A DNA stretch of 64,000 nucleotides from an uncultured Erysipelotrichia bacterium (GCA_964593055.1 CAZQIG010000004.1:52512-116511), one strand, 5' to 3'; shown: positions 28,486 through 38,040, counted from the stretch's first letter. Notes: generated by a model not told the origin, from the letters alone. Numbers and translations are program-made.

Positions 28486-28973
28486 GGATACGACTACTCT
28501 AAAATCAAAAGGGTCTAAGTCAAAAAGATTCGTTCATCATTGATGGTGAAATGGATACGACTACTCTAAAATCAAAAGGGTCTAAGTCATTAAAACTGTG
28601 TTGTTTAACACACTCTAGGGATACGACTACTCTAAAATCAAAAGGGTCTAAGTCACAAGGTAGCGTCAATGTCAACTTCATATAGGATACGACTACTCTA
28701 AAATCAAAAGGGTCTAAGTCTTTTATCAAAGATATACCACGCGTATGCAAGGATACGACTACTCTAAAATCAAAAGGGTCTAAGTCGGTACATTTTCAAA
28801 AAGTAAAACACCAGGTGGATACGACTACTCTAAAATCAAAAGGGTCTAAGTCACTGCTGATAATTGTTCTTGATATTAATAAGGATACGACTACTCTAAA
28901 ATCAAAAGGGTCTAAGTCTATAATATTTTTCTTTTTCATTCTCAAATAGGATACGACTACTCTAAAATCAAAA
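28486..28973 (+). CRISPR. CRISPR array: 7 identical 36-bp repeats GGATACGACTACTCTAAAATCAAAAGGGTCTAAGTC, 1 truncated terminal repeat, 7 spacers (31,30,30,30,30,30,30 nt)
   Basis: Repeats start at 28486, 28553, 28619, 28685, 28751, 28817, 28883; 25-nt partial repeat at 28949-28973; + orientation inferred from similarity to Cas13a 5' handles and the distal degenerate repeat. Confidence 0.98.
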
Positions 28974-29016
28974 ATATTGATTTTTACTAGACTAATTGTA
29001 GGTTAAAGATGGTTAT

Positions 29017-29047
29017 AAAAAAACTCTAGTTAATTACTGGAGTTTTT
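29017..29047 (+). terminator. Intrinsic terminator downstream of the CRISPR array
   Basis: AAAAACTCTAGT-TAATT-ACTGGAGTTTTT hairpin (one G-U pair), A/T tails on both sides. Confidence 0.75.
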
Positions 29048-29052
29048 ATGTA

Positions 29053-29080
29053 TTGACAAAAAAGATTGAAGTTATATAAT
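29053..29080 (+). promoter_or_regulatory. Sigma-A promoter of citXG
   Basis: TTGACA (29053-58), 16 bp, TATAAT (29075-80). Confidence 0.75.
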
Positions 29081-29096
29081 TTAGTTGAGGTGTCAT

Positions 29097-30374
29097 ATGG
29101 ATAAACGTTTAGAAATTTTAGAAGCGCGTGAAAAAAGATTTTTGCGAGTAAAATCTGCATTTGAAGATAGTTCTTTATTTTTAATTGTTATAAAAGCTAA
29201 TATTTGTGGGAATGATAAAAATATTTTAGAAGCTAATATTGTTTTAAAGTATTTTTTAAGTGCGCTGTTTAGTAAGTTTAATGTTTCTAGTTATGAAAGT
29301 TTTACTAGTGCAGATGGTAGTTATTATTTTGTGCGTATATTTGATGACAATGTTTTTACTGTCAAAAAAGTACTTGTTGAATTAGAAAGTGGTGTGTATG
29401 GAAGGTTTATCGATTTAGATCTTCATGTTAATAGTGGGCCATCTATTTCACGTGTTGATTTTGGGTTTGAAAAGCGTAAATGTTTAATTTGTAATGATGA
29501 TTATTCTTATTGTATGCGCGAGAAAAGACATTCTGTTCAAGAAGTAGTGATGTATACGAGAAAAAAACTTCGTGAGTTATTAGTTAGTGATATTTTGGAG
29601 ATTGTAGAAAGTGCTTTGATTGATGAAGTTTCTGCAGAAATGAAATTTGGGTTAGTTACAAAAACTACTAGTGGTGTGCATAATGATATGGATTATGATT
29701 TGTTTTTAAAGTCTATTGAAGCATTAATGCCTTATTTTAAATTGTATGTTGAAGAAGGTTTTGTGATGGATGATGATTCGTTTAAAAGGTTACGTAGTAT
29801 AGGTGTTAGAGCTGAAAAAGCGATGTTTGAAGCTACTGGTGGTGTTAATACGCATAAAGGGCTAATATTTTTATTAGGTGCATTATTGCCAATAGTGGTC
29901 AAAGTAATTTATCATAAGCTCGATTTTTTAGATATTAGTATGCAAGTGAAAGAATTTACAAAGCCAGTTTTAAATGATTTTATTGCTTTAAGTGATAAAA
30001 CTTTTTTAACAAAAGGGGAGGAAGCTTATTTGTCCTATCAAATGTTAGGTGTTCGTGGAGAAGTTACTAATGGCTTACAGTTAGCTTTTCATGCAACTGA
30101 GAGCTTTAATTTAGAAGAAGATCATTTAGTATTAAAGCTACTATTATTTATGATGGAGCGTCTTGATGACACGGTTATTTTACACCGTGGTAAGCTTGAT
30201 TCTTTAGCATATGTTCAATCTGTAGCTAAGAAATTAAATGAGTTTTTTGATTTAGAAGAAGTAAGTAAGTATCATTTAAAGTTTTTAGAAAAGGGGCTTT
30301 CTCCTGGAGGGAGTGCAGATATGGTAGTTGTTAGTTTAGTTTTGATGAATCTTAAAAATAAATACTTTATTTAA
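29097..30374 (+). CDS. citXG: Fused CitX-CitG (holo-ACP synthase / triphosphoribosyl-dephospho-CoA synthase)
   Basis: N-terminal ILEARE, GRFIDLD, RKCLIC..CMR..H (CitX); C-terminal KFGLV, HNDMD, ATGGVNTHKG, GVRGE, SPGGSADM (CitG); ATG 29097 after GAGGTG. Confidence 0.88.
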   Translation: MDKRLEILEAREKRFLRVKSAFEDSSLFLIVIKANICGNDKNILEANIVLKYFLSALFSKFNVSSYESFTSADGSYYFVRIFDDNVFTVKKVLVELESGVYGRFIDLDLHVNSGPSISRVDFGFEKRKCLICNDDYSYCMREKRHSVQEVVMYTRKKLRELLVSDILEIVESALIDEVSAEMKFGLVTKTTSGVHNDMDYDLFLKSIEALMPYFKLYVEEGFVMDDDSFKRLRSIGVRAEKAMFEATGGVNTHKGLIFLLGALLPIVVKVIYHKLDFLDISMQVKEFTKPVLNDFIALSDKTFLTKGEEAYLSYQMLGVRGEVTNGLQLAFHATESFNLEEDHLVLKLLLFMMERLDDTVILHRGKLDSLAYVQSVAKKLNEFFDLEEVSKYHLKFLEKGLSPGGSADMVVVSLVLMNLKNKYFI

Positions 30375-30380
30375 ATCTTA

Positions 30381-30406
30381 AAAACCGTTGCTTTTACAAC
30401 GGTTTT
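30381..30406 (+). terminator. Terminator hairpin after citXG, overlapping the S10 promoter
   Basis: AAAACCGTTG-CTTTTA-CAACGGTTTT perfect 10-bp stem. Confidence 0.75.
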
Positions 30407-30416
30407 AGTGTATAAT
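30388..30416 (+). promoter_or_regulatory. Promoter of the S10 operon
   Basis: TTGCTT (30388-93), 17 bp, TATAAT (30411-16). Confidence 0.65.
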
Positions 30417-30436
30417 TATCTAGTGGATTATAGCTA

Positions 30437-30532
30437 TGATGTGTGAGGTTGTCGATACGCTAGGAGGAGTTGCCAGTAGTGTTCGGGTTTTTACACGGAG
30501 CTAGTCTATCAAGAAATAGGCGAAAGGAGAAT
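30437..30532 (+). promoter_or_regulatory. S10 (rpsJ) operon leader RNA
   Basis: GAGGTTG..GA.AC, TTGCCA, GTT..GGTTTT..CACGGAG...GTCTA...TAGGCGAAAGGAG pattern resembling the Bacillus rpsJ leader. Confidence 0.7.
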
Positions 30533-30537
30533 TAAAA

Positions 30538-30846
30538 ATGGCAAAAAAAACAGTGAGGATTAAACTAAGAAGTTATGATCATCGTTTAGTTGATGTTGCA
30601 TCAACTAAAATTATTGAAACAATCAAAAAGAGTGGAGCTGAGGTTAAAGGACCGATTCCTTTACCGACAGAAAAACAAATTTACACGATTTTGCGTTCAC
30701 CACATGTTAACAAAAAATCACGTGAACAATTTGAAATGAGAACTCATAAAAGATTGTTAGACGTTGTATCACCATCAAAAGCGACAATTGATGCGTTAGG
30801 TCGTTTAGATTTACCAAGTGGTGTTGACGTAGAAATCAAATTATAA
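30538..30846 (+). CDS. rpsJ: 30S ribosomal protein S10
   Basis: [26 protein letters not shown]. Confidence 0.99.
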   Translation: MAKKTVRIKLRSYDHRLVDVASTKIIETIKKSGAEVKGPIPLPTEKQIYTILRSPHVNKKSREQFEMRTHKRLLDVVSPSKATIDALGRLDLPSGVDVEIKL

Positions 30847-30861
30847 CAATAGGAGGCAATT

Positions 30862-31551
30862 ATGAAAGGAATCTTAGGTAGAAAAATTGGGATGACTCAA
30901 GTATTCGATACTAATAATGAGTTAGTTCCAGTAACATTAATCGAAGTTACTCCAAATGTCGTAATGCAAATTAAGACGATGGAAACTGACGGTTATGAAG
31001 CAGTACAATTAGGTTGTGAAGATAAGCGTGAAAAATTAGCTAATCAACCGTTAATTGGTCATGCTAAGAAAGCTAATACTGCACCTAAGCGCTTCGTTAG
31101 AGAAATTCGTAATGTAGATACAAGTGCTTATGAATTAGGACAAGAGCTTAGTGTAGATGTATTTAGTGCAGGAGATGTTGTTGATGTTTCTGGTGTAAGT
31201 AAAGGTAAAGGTTTTGCCGGAAGTATTAAAAGACATGGACAAGCTTGTGGACCGATGTCACATGGTTCAAGACATCACAGACGTCCTGGTTCAATGGGGA
31301 CTTTAAGACCTAAAAGAGTTTTACCAGGTAAAAATTTACCAGGTCATATGGGTGTTAAAAATGTTACAATTCAAAATTTAGAAGTTGTAAGTGTTGATCC
31401 TGCAAATAATGTTATTTTGATCAAGGGTGGTATTCCTGGTCCAAAGAAATCATTTGTAGTTATTAAAGAAGCGATTAAAGGTAGCAAGTCATATGAGGCA
31501 CGTACTTTAGTCGACTATAATCAAAATGATGCTTCTTCTGAAGCAGAATAG
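30862..31551 (+). CDS. rplC: 50S ribosomal protein L3
   Basis: [24 protein letters not shown]. Confidence 0.99.
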   Translation: MKGILGRKIGMTQVFDTNNELVPVTLIEVTPNVVMQIKTMETDGYEAVQLGCEDKREKLANQPLIGHAKKANTAPKRFVREIRNVDTSAYELGQELSVDVFSAGDVVDVSGVSKGKGFAGSIKRHGQACGPMSHGSRHHRRPGSMGTLRPKRVLPGKNLPGHMGVKNVTIQNLEVVSVDPANNVILIKGGIPGPKKSFVVIKEAIKGSKSYEARTLVDYNQNDASSEAE

Positions 31552-31574
31552 TTTAGTTAAAGGAGGTAAAAGTC

Positions 31575-32198
31575 ATGCCAAAAATTAGTATGTTAGATCA
31601 AAATGGAAATAAAGTTAAAAGTATTACACTTTCTGATGATGTATTCGGAATTGAGCCTAACAAGTCAGTTTTGTTTGATGCAATCACGATGCAAAGAGCT
31701 TCTTTACGTCAAGGAACTCACAAAGTAAAAAATAGAAGTGCTGTGCGTGGTGGTGGTAGAAAACCATGGAGACAAAAAGGAACAGGTAATGCTCGTCAAG
31801 GTACAATTCGTGCTGTTCAATGGGTTGGTGGAGGAGTTGCTTTTGGACCTACACCGAGAAGTTATGCTTACTCGTTAAATAGAAAAGTTCGTAAGTTAGC
31901 TTTAAAGTCAGCATTATCATTGAAGTTTGAAAATAATAGTATTAATGTAATTGAAAATTTAAATTTTGAAATTCCTAAAACAAAACAAGGGATTGAATTA
32001 ATGAGTAATTTGAAATTAGATGGTAAAGTATTAATTGTTACAAAAGAGATTGATGAAAATATTGCTTTATCAGTTAGAAATTTAAAAAACGTTGTTTATT
32101 TAGATGCTGCTGGTGTAAATGTTTTAGATCTTGTTAATAGTAAACATTTAGTTATTACTCATGATGCTGCACAAGTTTTAGAGGAGGTGCTTAGTTAA
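31575..32198 (+). CDS. rplD: 50S ribosomal protein L4
   Basis: [21 protein letters not shown]. Confidence 0.99.
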   Translation: MPKISMLDQNGNKVKSITLSDDVFGIEPNKSVLFDAITMQRASLRQGTHKVKNRSAVRGGGRKPWRQKGTGNARQGTIRAVQWVGGGVAFGPTPRSYAYSLNRKVRKLALKSALSLKFENNSINVIENLNFEIPKTKQGIELMSNLKLDGKVLIVTKEIDENIALSVRNLKNVVYLDAAGVNVLDLVNSKHLVITHDAAQVLEEVLS

Positions 32199-32479
32199 TG
32201 AAGACAATTTATGATGTAATTAAGACGCCAGTTATCACAGAAAAAAGTGCATATTTAATGGAAACTGAAAATACTTATACTTTTGAAGTAAGTCAAGGTG
32301 CCAATAAGATTGAAATTAGAAATGCAGTTGAAAATATTTTTGATGTTAAAGTTGAAAGTGTTAATGTTATCAATGTACGTGCTAAGAAAAAACGTGTTGG
32401 ACGCTATGTAGGAAAAACTGCTAGAGTTCGTAAAGCAATGGTAAAATTAGCAGACGGAAATAAAATTGACATATTTTAA
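32198..32479 (+). CDS. rplW: 50S ribosomal protein L23
   Basis: [18 protein letters not shown]. Confidence 0.98.
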   Translation: MKTIYDVIKTPVITEKSAYLMETENTYTFEVSQGANKIEIRNAVENIFDVKVESVNVINVRAKKKRVGRYVGKTARVRKAMVKLADGNKIDIF

Positions 32480-32500
32480 TTAATGTAAGGAGGAAAAACA

Positions 32501-33331
32501 ATGGCGATTAGAAGTTATAAACCGACAACGAATGGTCGTAGAAACATGACGTCACTTACTTATGAAGAAATTACTACTAACAAACCAGAAAAGTCTTTGA
32601 CAGTTAAGTTGAAGAAAAATGGTGGTCGTAATAATCAAGGTAAGATTACAGTTCGTCATCATGGTGGTGGACATAAAAAGTTTTATCGTATTATTGACTT
32701 TAAGCGTAATAAAGATGGAATTGTTGGTCGTGTAGCAACAATTGAATACGATCCAAATCGTAGTGCTAATATTGCTTTAATCAATTATGCTGATGGTGAG
32801 AAAAGATATATTATCGCTCCTGCAGGATTAAGTGTAGGAATGGAAATTATGAGTGGAGAAAATGCTGATATTAAAGTAGGTCACGCACTTGCTTTAAATC
32901 AAATACCAGTTGGTACGGTAATTCATAATATCGAAATGAAACCTGGTAAAGGTGGACAATTAGTACGTGCTGCTGGAACGAGCGCACAAATTTTAGGTCG
33001 CGAAGAAAGCTATGTTTTAATTAGACTTCAAAGCGGTGAAGTAAGAAAAATTTTAGGTGTATGTCGTGCGACAATTGGTGAAGTAGGAAATGCTGATCAT
33101 GAATTAGTAAACATCGGTAAAGCAGGACGTAATCGTTGGAAAGGAATTAAACCAACTGTGCGTGGTTCGGTAATGAATCCTAATGATCATCCACATGGTG
33201 GTGGAGAAGGACGTGCGCCTATTGGTCGTAAGTCACCAGTTACTCCATGGGGTAAACCAGCACTTGGTTTAAAAACTCGTAATAAGAAGAAGCATTCTTC
33301 TAAGTATATTGTACGTGGACGTAAAAAATAA
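32501..33331 (+). CDS. rplB: 50S ribosomal protein L2
   Basis: [29 protein letters not shown]. Confidence 0.99.
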   Translation: MAIRSYKPTTNGRRNMTSLTYEEITTNKPEKSLTVKLKKNGGRNNQGKITVRHHGGGHKKFYRIIDFKRNKDGIVGRVATIEYDPNRSANIALINYADGEKRYIIAPAGLSVGMEIMSGENADIKVGHALALNQIPVGTVIHNIEMKPGKGGQLVRAAGTSAQILGREESYVLIRLQSGEVRKILGVCRATIGEVGNADHELVNIGKAGRNRWKGIKPTVRGSVMNPNDHPHGGGEGRAPIGRKSPVTPWGKPALGLKTRNKKKHSSKYIVRGRKK

Positions 33332-33346
33332 AAAAGGAGGTAGAAC

Positions 33347-33616
33347 ATGGCTAGATCATTAAAAAAAGGACCATTTGTAGATGAACATTTAATGAAAAAG
33401 GTTGTTGCCTTAAATGAAGAGAATAAAAAGCGTGTAATTAAAACATGGTCACGTCGTTCAACAATTTTCCCAGTATTTGTAGGACATACAATTGCTGTTC
33501 ATAATGGAAAAGAACATATTCCAGTTTATGTTACTGAAGATATGGTAGGACACAAACTAGGTGAATTTGCTCCAACTCGTAAATTTGGAGGACATGGAGA
33601 TAAAAAATTAAGATAG
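33347..33616 (+). CDS. rpsS: 30S ribosomal protein S19
   Basis: [25 protein letters not shown]. Confidence 0.99.
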   Translation: MARSLKKGPFVDEHLMKKVVALNEENKKRVIKTWSRRSTIFPVFVGHTIAVHNGKEHIPVYVTEDMVGHKLGEFAPTRKFGGHGDKKLR

Positions 33617-33636
33617 CCTTTGAAAGGAGAATCTAG

Positions 33637-33972
33637 ATGGAAGCTAAAGCATCTGTTAAAACAATTAGAATTGCACCTCGTAAAGTACGTTTAGTTATTG
33701 ACTTAGTACGTGGTAAAAACCTTGGTGAGGCAATTGCAATTTTAGAACATACAAATAAAGCTGCATCGCCTGTTGTAAAAAAACTTTTAATGAGTGCAGC
33801 AAGTAATGCAGAACATAATTATGATTTAGATGTAAACAAATTATATGTTAAAGAAATTAGAGCTGATGAGGGAATGACAATTAAAAGGTTCCGTCCTCGT
33901 GCTCAAGGACGCGCTTCGAGAATTTACAAAAGAACAAGTCATATAAATGTTACATTAGCAGAGAAAAATTAA
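33637..33972 (+). CDS. rplV: 50S ribosomal protein L22
   Basis: [16 protein letters not shown]. Confidence 0.99.
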   Translation: MEAKASVKTIRIAPRKVRLVIDLVRGKNLGEAIAILEHTNKAASPVVKKLLMSAASNAEHNYDLDVNKLYVKEIRADEGMTIKRFRPRAQGRASRIYKRTSHINVTLAEKN

Positions 33973-33992
33973 TTGTAAAAGGAGGTTAGACA

Positions 33993-34652
33993 ATGGGTCA
34001 AAAAGTTAATCCACATGGATTTCGTGTCGGTGTTGTAAAAGATTGGGAGTCAAAATGGTATGCCAATAAGAAAGATTTTGCAACGATTTTACACGAAGAT
34101 ATAAAAATTAGAGAATATATTTTAAAAACTTTAAAGAGTGCATCAGTTGATAATATAGTCATTGAGCGTAAGAAAAATCGTGTTTATATTTCAATTCATA
34201 CTGCTAAACCAGGACTTGTTATTGGACGTGGTGGTGAAGAAATTACGAAATTAAAAACTCAAGTTGCTAAAATGACAACTTCAGATGTTAATATCAATGT
34301 TATTGAGATTAAAAATCCTGATGTAATTGCAAAGTTAGTTGCAGAAAATATTGCAAATCAAATAGAAAATCGTGTTTCATTCCGTGTAGCACAAAAAAGA
34401 ATGATTACACGTGTATTAAAGAATAAAGAGATTAAAGGTATTAAGACTAAAGTTTCTGGAAGATTAGGTGGTGCTGATATGGCACGTTCTGAAGGATATA
34501 CAGAAGGAAATGTACCGTTACATACTTTAAGAGCAGATATTGATTACGCTTTTACAGAAGCTAATACTACTTATGGTAAGTTTGGTGTTAAAGTATGGAT
34601 TTATAAAGGTGAAATTTTACCTACAAAATCAAAAGGTAAGGAGGCGAAATAA
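33993..34652 (+). CDS. rpsC: 30S ribosomal protein S3
   Basis: [29 protein letters not shown]. Confidence 0.99.
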   Translation: MGQKVNPHGFRVGVVKDWESKWYANKKDFATILHEDIKIREYILKTLKSASVDNIVIERKKNRVYISIHTAKPGLVIGRGGEEITKLKTQVAKMTTSDVNINVIEIKNPDVIAKLVAENIANQIENRVSFRVAQKRMITRVLKNKEIKGIKTKVSGRLGGADMARSEGYTEGNVPLHTLRADIDYAFTEANTTYGKFGVKVWIYKGEILPTKSKGKEAK

Positions 34653-35081
34653 ATGTTATTACCTAAAAGAACAAAATATCGTCGTCCTCATCGTGTAAGT
34701 TATGAAGGGCATGCAAAAGGTGGTACGGAAGTTAACTTTGGTAAATACGGATTGCAAGCAACTTCAGGAGCTTGGGTTAGTAACAGACAAATAGAAGCAG
34801 CACGTATTGCTATGACGCGTTATATGAAGCGTAGTGGACAAGTGTGGATTAATATTTTCCCGCATTTAGCAAGAACAGCGAAGCCTTTAGAAGTACGAAT
34901 GGGTTCAGGTAAAGGTGCACCAGATAGTTGGGTAGCTGTTGTTAAAAAAGGGCGTGTAATGTTTGAAATTGATGGTATTAGTGAAGAAGTTGCACGTGAA
35001 GCGCTACGTCTTGCGAGCCACAAATTACCTGTTACAACAAAATTTGTAATAAGAGAAGATGGTGAACGTAATGAAGGCTAA
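34653..35081 (+). CDS. rplP: 50S ribosomal protein L16
   Basis: [19 protein letters not shown]. Confidence 0.99.
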   Translation: MLLPKRTKYRRPHRVSYEGHAKGGTEVNFGKYGLQATSGAWVSNRQIEAARIAMTRYMKRSGQVWINIFPHLARTAKPLEVRMGSGKGAPDSWVAVVKKGRVMFEIDGISEEVAREALRLASHKLPVTTKFVIREDGERNEG

Positions 35082-35262
35082 TGAAATTCGTGAATTAAAA
35101 GATAATGAAATTTTAGGAAAAATTTCTGAATTAAAAAAGGAATTATTCAACTTACGTTTTCAACAAGCAACTGGAAACTTAGAAAATCCTGCAAAAGTAC
35201 GTGAAACGAGAAAAACAATTGCAAGATTGAAAACAGTTCTTAACGAGCGTCGTGAAGATTAA
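35071..35262 (+). CDS. rpmC: 50S ribosomal protein L29
   Basis: [21 protein letters not shown]. Confidence 0.97.
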   Translation: MKANEIRELKDNEILGKISELKKELFNLRFQQATGNLENPAKVRETRKTIARLKTVLNERRED

Positions 35263-35278
35263 TAAAAGGAGGATTTCT

Positions 35279-35539
35279 ATGGAAAGAAATGCTAGGCGAG
35301 AATTAGTTGGTGTTGTTGTTTCTGATAGTATGGATAAGACGATTACAGTTTTAGTAGAAACATACAAGAAGCATCCTTTATATGGGAAAAAGATTAAAAC
35401 TAGTAAGAAATTTAAAGCGCATGACATAGATAGTAAAGCTAAAGTCGGTGATAAAGTGCGTATTATGGAAACAAGACCACTTTCAAAGACTAAGAGATTT
35501 AGATTAGTAGAAATTATTGAAGAAGCAGTAATAATTTAA
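35279..35539 (+). CDS. rpsQ: 30S ribosomal protein S17
   Basis: [26 protein letters not shown]; ATG 35279 after AGGAGG. Confidence 0.98.
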   Translation: MERNARRELVGVVVSDSMDKTITVLVETYKKHPLYGKKIKTSKKFKAHDIDSKAKVGDKVRIMETRPLSKTKRFRLVEIIEEAVII

Positions 35540-35564
35540 TTCACTTCGAAAGGAGGAGTATACA

Positions 35565-35933
35565 ATGATTCAACAAGAAACAAGATTAAGAGTAGCTGAT
35601 AATTCAGGGGCTCGTGAAGTTTTAACGATAAAAGTACTTGGTGGAACTAAAAAGAAATATGCTAATATTGGTGATATTATCGTATGTTCAGTTAAGAGTG
35701 CTACACCGGGTGGAGCGGTAAAGAAAGGTGAAGTTGTTAAAGCAGTTGTTGTCAGAACAAAAACAGGAGTACATCGTAAAGATGGTTCTTATATAAAGTT
35801 TGATGACAATGCTTGTGTAATTATCAAAGATGATAAGGGTCCACAAGGGACACGTATTTTTGGACCTGTTGCACGTGAATTACGTGAACACAATTTCATG
35901 AAAATCGTATCATTAGCTCCGGAAGTTCTATAA
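35565..35933 (+). CDS. rplN: 50S ribosomal protein L14
   Basis: [26 protein letters not shown]. Confidence 0.99.
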   Translation: MIQQETRLRVADNSGAREVLTIKVLGGTKKKYANIGDIIVCSVKSATPGGAVKKGEVVKAVVVRTKTGVHRKDGSYIKFDDNACVIIKDDKGPQGTRIFGPVARELREHNFMKIVSLAPEVL

Positions 35934-35952
35934 TTTAAGGAGGTATTAATAT

Positions 35953-36279
35953 ATGCATATAAAAAAGGGTGATTTAGTTCAAGTAATCACTGGTAATGCA
36001 AAAGATAAAGGTAAGCAAGGTAAAGTTTTAAAAACATACCCAAAAACTGATAGAGTATTAGTAGAAGGTGTGAAGATGCGTACGCGTCATGAAAAGCCTT
36101 CGCAAGCTAATAATAATACAGGTCGTATTGTCAATGAAGAAGCACCAATTCATGTGTCTAATGTCATGATCGTTGATCCTAAAACGAATGAACCGACAAG
36201 AATTGGTCATGAAATTGATGAGAAAACTGGCAAAAAAGTTCGTGTATCGAAAAAATCAAATACAAGAATTGATAAGTAA
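35953..36279 (+). CDS. rplX: 50S ribosomal protein L24
   Basis: [28 protein letters not shown]. Confidence 0.98.
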   Translation: MHIKKGDLVQVITGNAKDKGKQGKVLKTYPKTDRVLVEGVKMRTRHEKPSQANNNTGRIVNEEAPIHVSNVMIVDPKTNEPTRIGHEIDEKTGKKVRVSKKSNTRIDK

Positions 36280-36289
36280 GGAGGTAGAC

Positions 36290-36829
36290 ATGAATCGTTT
36301 GCAAGAAAGATACAACAATGAAATTAGTAAAAGTTTAATGGAAAAATTTGAATATGAATCAACTATGCAAATTCCTAAGTTAGAAAAAATTGTTGTTAAT
36401 ATGGGAGTTGGAGATGCAGTTTCTAATTCTAAATTAATGGATGCTGCTTATGAAGATTTGATGATAATCGTTGGGCAAAAGCCAGTTGTCACAAGAGCGA
36501 AAAAGTCGATTGCCACATTTAAACTTCGTGAAGGAATGCCAATTGGTTGTAAAGTAACTTTACGTGGAGAACAAATGTACAATTTTTTAGATAAATTAAT
36601 TTCAATTGCATTGCCACGTGTTAGAGATTTTCGTGGAATTAGCACTAAGTCATTTGATGGGCGTGGTAATTATACATTAGGTATTAAAGAGCAGTTGATT
36701 TTTCCAGAAATTGAATTTGATAAAGTAGTTAAATTAAGAGGAATGGATATTGTAGTTGTAACAACTGCTAATACTGACGAAGAATCTCGTGAGTTATTAG
36801 GTCAACTAGGGATGCCTTTCCAAAAATAA
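36290..36829 (+). CDS. rplE: 50S ribosomal protein L5
   Basis: [28 protein letters not shown]; true start ATG 36290 after AAGGAGG. Confidence 0.98.
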   Translation: MNRLQERYNNEISKSLMEKFEYESTMQIPKLEKIVVNMGVGDAVSNSKLMDAAYEDLMIIVGQKPVVTRAKKSIATFKLREGMPIGCKVTLRGEQMYNFLDKLISIALPRVRDFRGISTKSFDGRGNYTLGIKEQLIFPEIEFDKVVKLRGMDIVVVTTANTDEESRELLGQLGMPFQK

Positions 36830-36841
36830 GGAGGATATATT

Positions 36842-37027
36842 TTGGCAAGAAAAGCATTGATTGTTAAACAGAAGCGTGGAAGTAAGTTTCCTGTTAGAGA
36901 ATATACTAGATGTGAAAGATGTGGACGTCCACATGCTGTAATACGCAAGTTTAAGCTATGTCGTGTATGCTTTCGTGAGTTAGCTTATCGTGGTGAAATT
37001 CCAGGTGTGAAAAAATCTAGTTGGTAA
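36842..37027 (+). CDS. rpsN: 30S ribosomal protein S14 (zinc-binding type Z)
   Basis: 61 aa, CxxC...CxxC, PGVKKSSW; TTG start. Confidence 0.97.
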   Translation: MARKALIVKQKRGSKFPVREYTRCERCGRPHAVIRKFKLCRVCFRELAYRGEIPGVKKSSW

Positions 37028-37050
37028 TAATTTAGAAAGGAGTGTAGTAA

Positions 37051-37449
37051 ATGTTATTAAGTGATCCAGTTGCGGATATGTTAACACGTATTAGAAATGC
37101 AAATCAAATGCGTTATAATGATGTACTTATTCCAGCATCTAACTTTAAAACAGAAATTGCAAAAATTTTAGTTGATGAAGGATTTATAAAAAAGTTTGAA
37201 TTTGTACAAGAAGGACCAATTAAAATGATGAAATTGCATTTAAAATATGGTGAAAATAATGAACGTGTAATTTCAGGATTAAAAAAAGTTAGTCGTCCAG
37301 GTTTACGTGTTTATAAAAAGAATAATGAATTACCACGTGTACAAAGTGGTTTAGGAATAGCAATTATTTCGACATCCAAAGGTCTTATTACTGATCGTCA
37401 AGCGAGAAAAGAAGAAGTTGGCGGAGAGGTAATTGCATACGTTTGGTAA
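37051..37449 (+). CDS. rpsH: 30S ribosomal protein S8
   Basis: [24 protein letters not shown]. Confidence 0.99.
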   Translation: MLLSDPVADMLTRIRNANQMRYNDVLIPASNFKTEIAKILVDEGFIKKFEFVQEGPIKMMKLHLKYGENNERVISGLKKVSRPGLRVYKKNNELPRVQSGLGIAIISTSKGLITDRQARKEEVGGEVIAYVW

Positions 37450-37473
37450 ATATAGAAATAGGAGGTGACATAA

Positions 37474-38013
37474 ATGAGCCGTGTAGGTAAAAAAATCTTA
37501 GAAATCCCTACGGGAGTTACGATTGAAAATAAAAACAACTTCGTAACAGTAAAAGGTCCTAAGGGAGAATTATCTTTTCAATTTAGTAAAGAATTAGAAA
37601 TTAAAATTGAAGATGCGACATTGAGTGTTGCTAGAAATAGTGAAACAAAGAGAATAAAACAATTGCATGGAACGACAAGATCTATTTTAGGTAATATGGT
37701 AGAAGGTGTCGTTGATGGATATAAAAAAGAGTTGGAAATTATCGGTGTAGGGTATCGTGCTGCACTTTCAGGTAATAAGTTAACACTGGCATTAGGATTT
37801 TCTCATCCAGTAGAAATGGAAATTCCAAATGGATTAAGTGTTGAAGTACCAGCTAATACGAAAATAGAAATTAGTGGTATTGATAAACAACTTGTCGGTG
37901 AGTTTGCTGCTAATATTCGTGCTGTTAGACCACCTGAACCTTATAAAGGAAAAGGTGTTAGATATAAAGGTGAGCACGTACGTCGTAAAGAAGGTAAGAC
38001 TGCTGGTAAGTAA
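37474..38013 (+). CDS. rplF: 50S ribosomal protein L6
   Basis: [21 protein letters not shown]. Confidence 0.99.
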   Translation: MSRVGKKILEIPTGVTIENKNNFVTVKGPKGELSFQFSKELEIKIEDATLSVARNSETKRIKQLHGTTRSILGNMVEGVVDGYKKELEIIGVGYRAALSGNKLTLALGFSHPVEMEIPNGLSVEVPANTKIEISGIDKQLVGEFAANIRAVRPPEPYKGKGVRYKGEHVRRKEGKTAGK

Positions 38014-38040
38014 AGCAAGTTAGAAAGGAGTCTTAAATAG

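Noticed and set aside
28520-28750. 76-aa minus-strand ORF with repeated DLDPFDFRVVVS
   Set aside because: Translation of the CRISPR repeats (66-bp period keeps the frame), not a gene
28853-28882. Spacer 6 antisense YQEQL resembling a DnaE motif
   Set aside because: That frame has an in-frame TAA immediately upstream, so it is unlikely to be the coding frame
28522-28948. Self-targeting of spacers within this window
   Set aside because: No match noticed by eye; not exhaustive, needs an alignment against the whole genome
22172-29047. Mobile element (IS, integrase, att repeats) carrying the Cas13 block
   Set aside because: No transposase or integrase gene and no flanking direct repeats found
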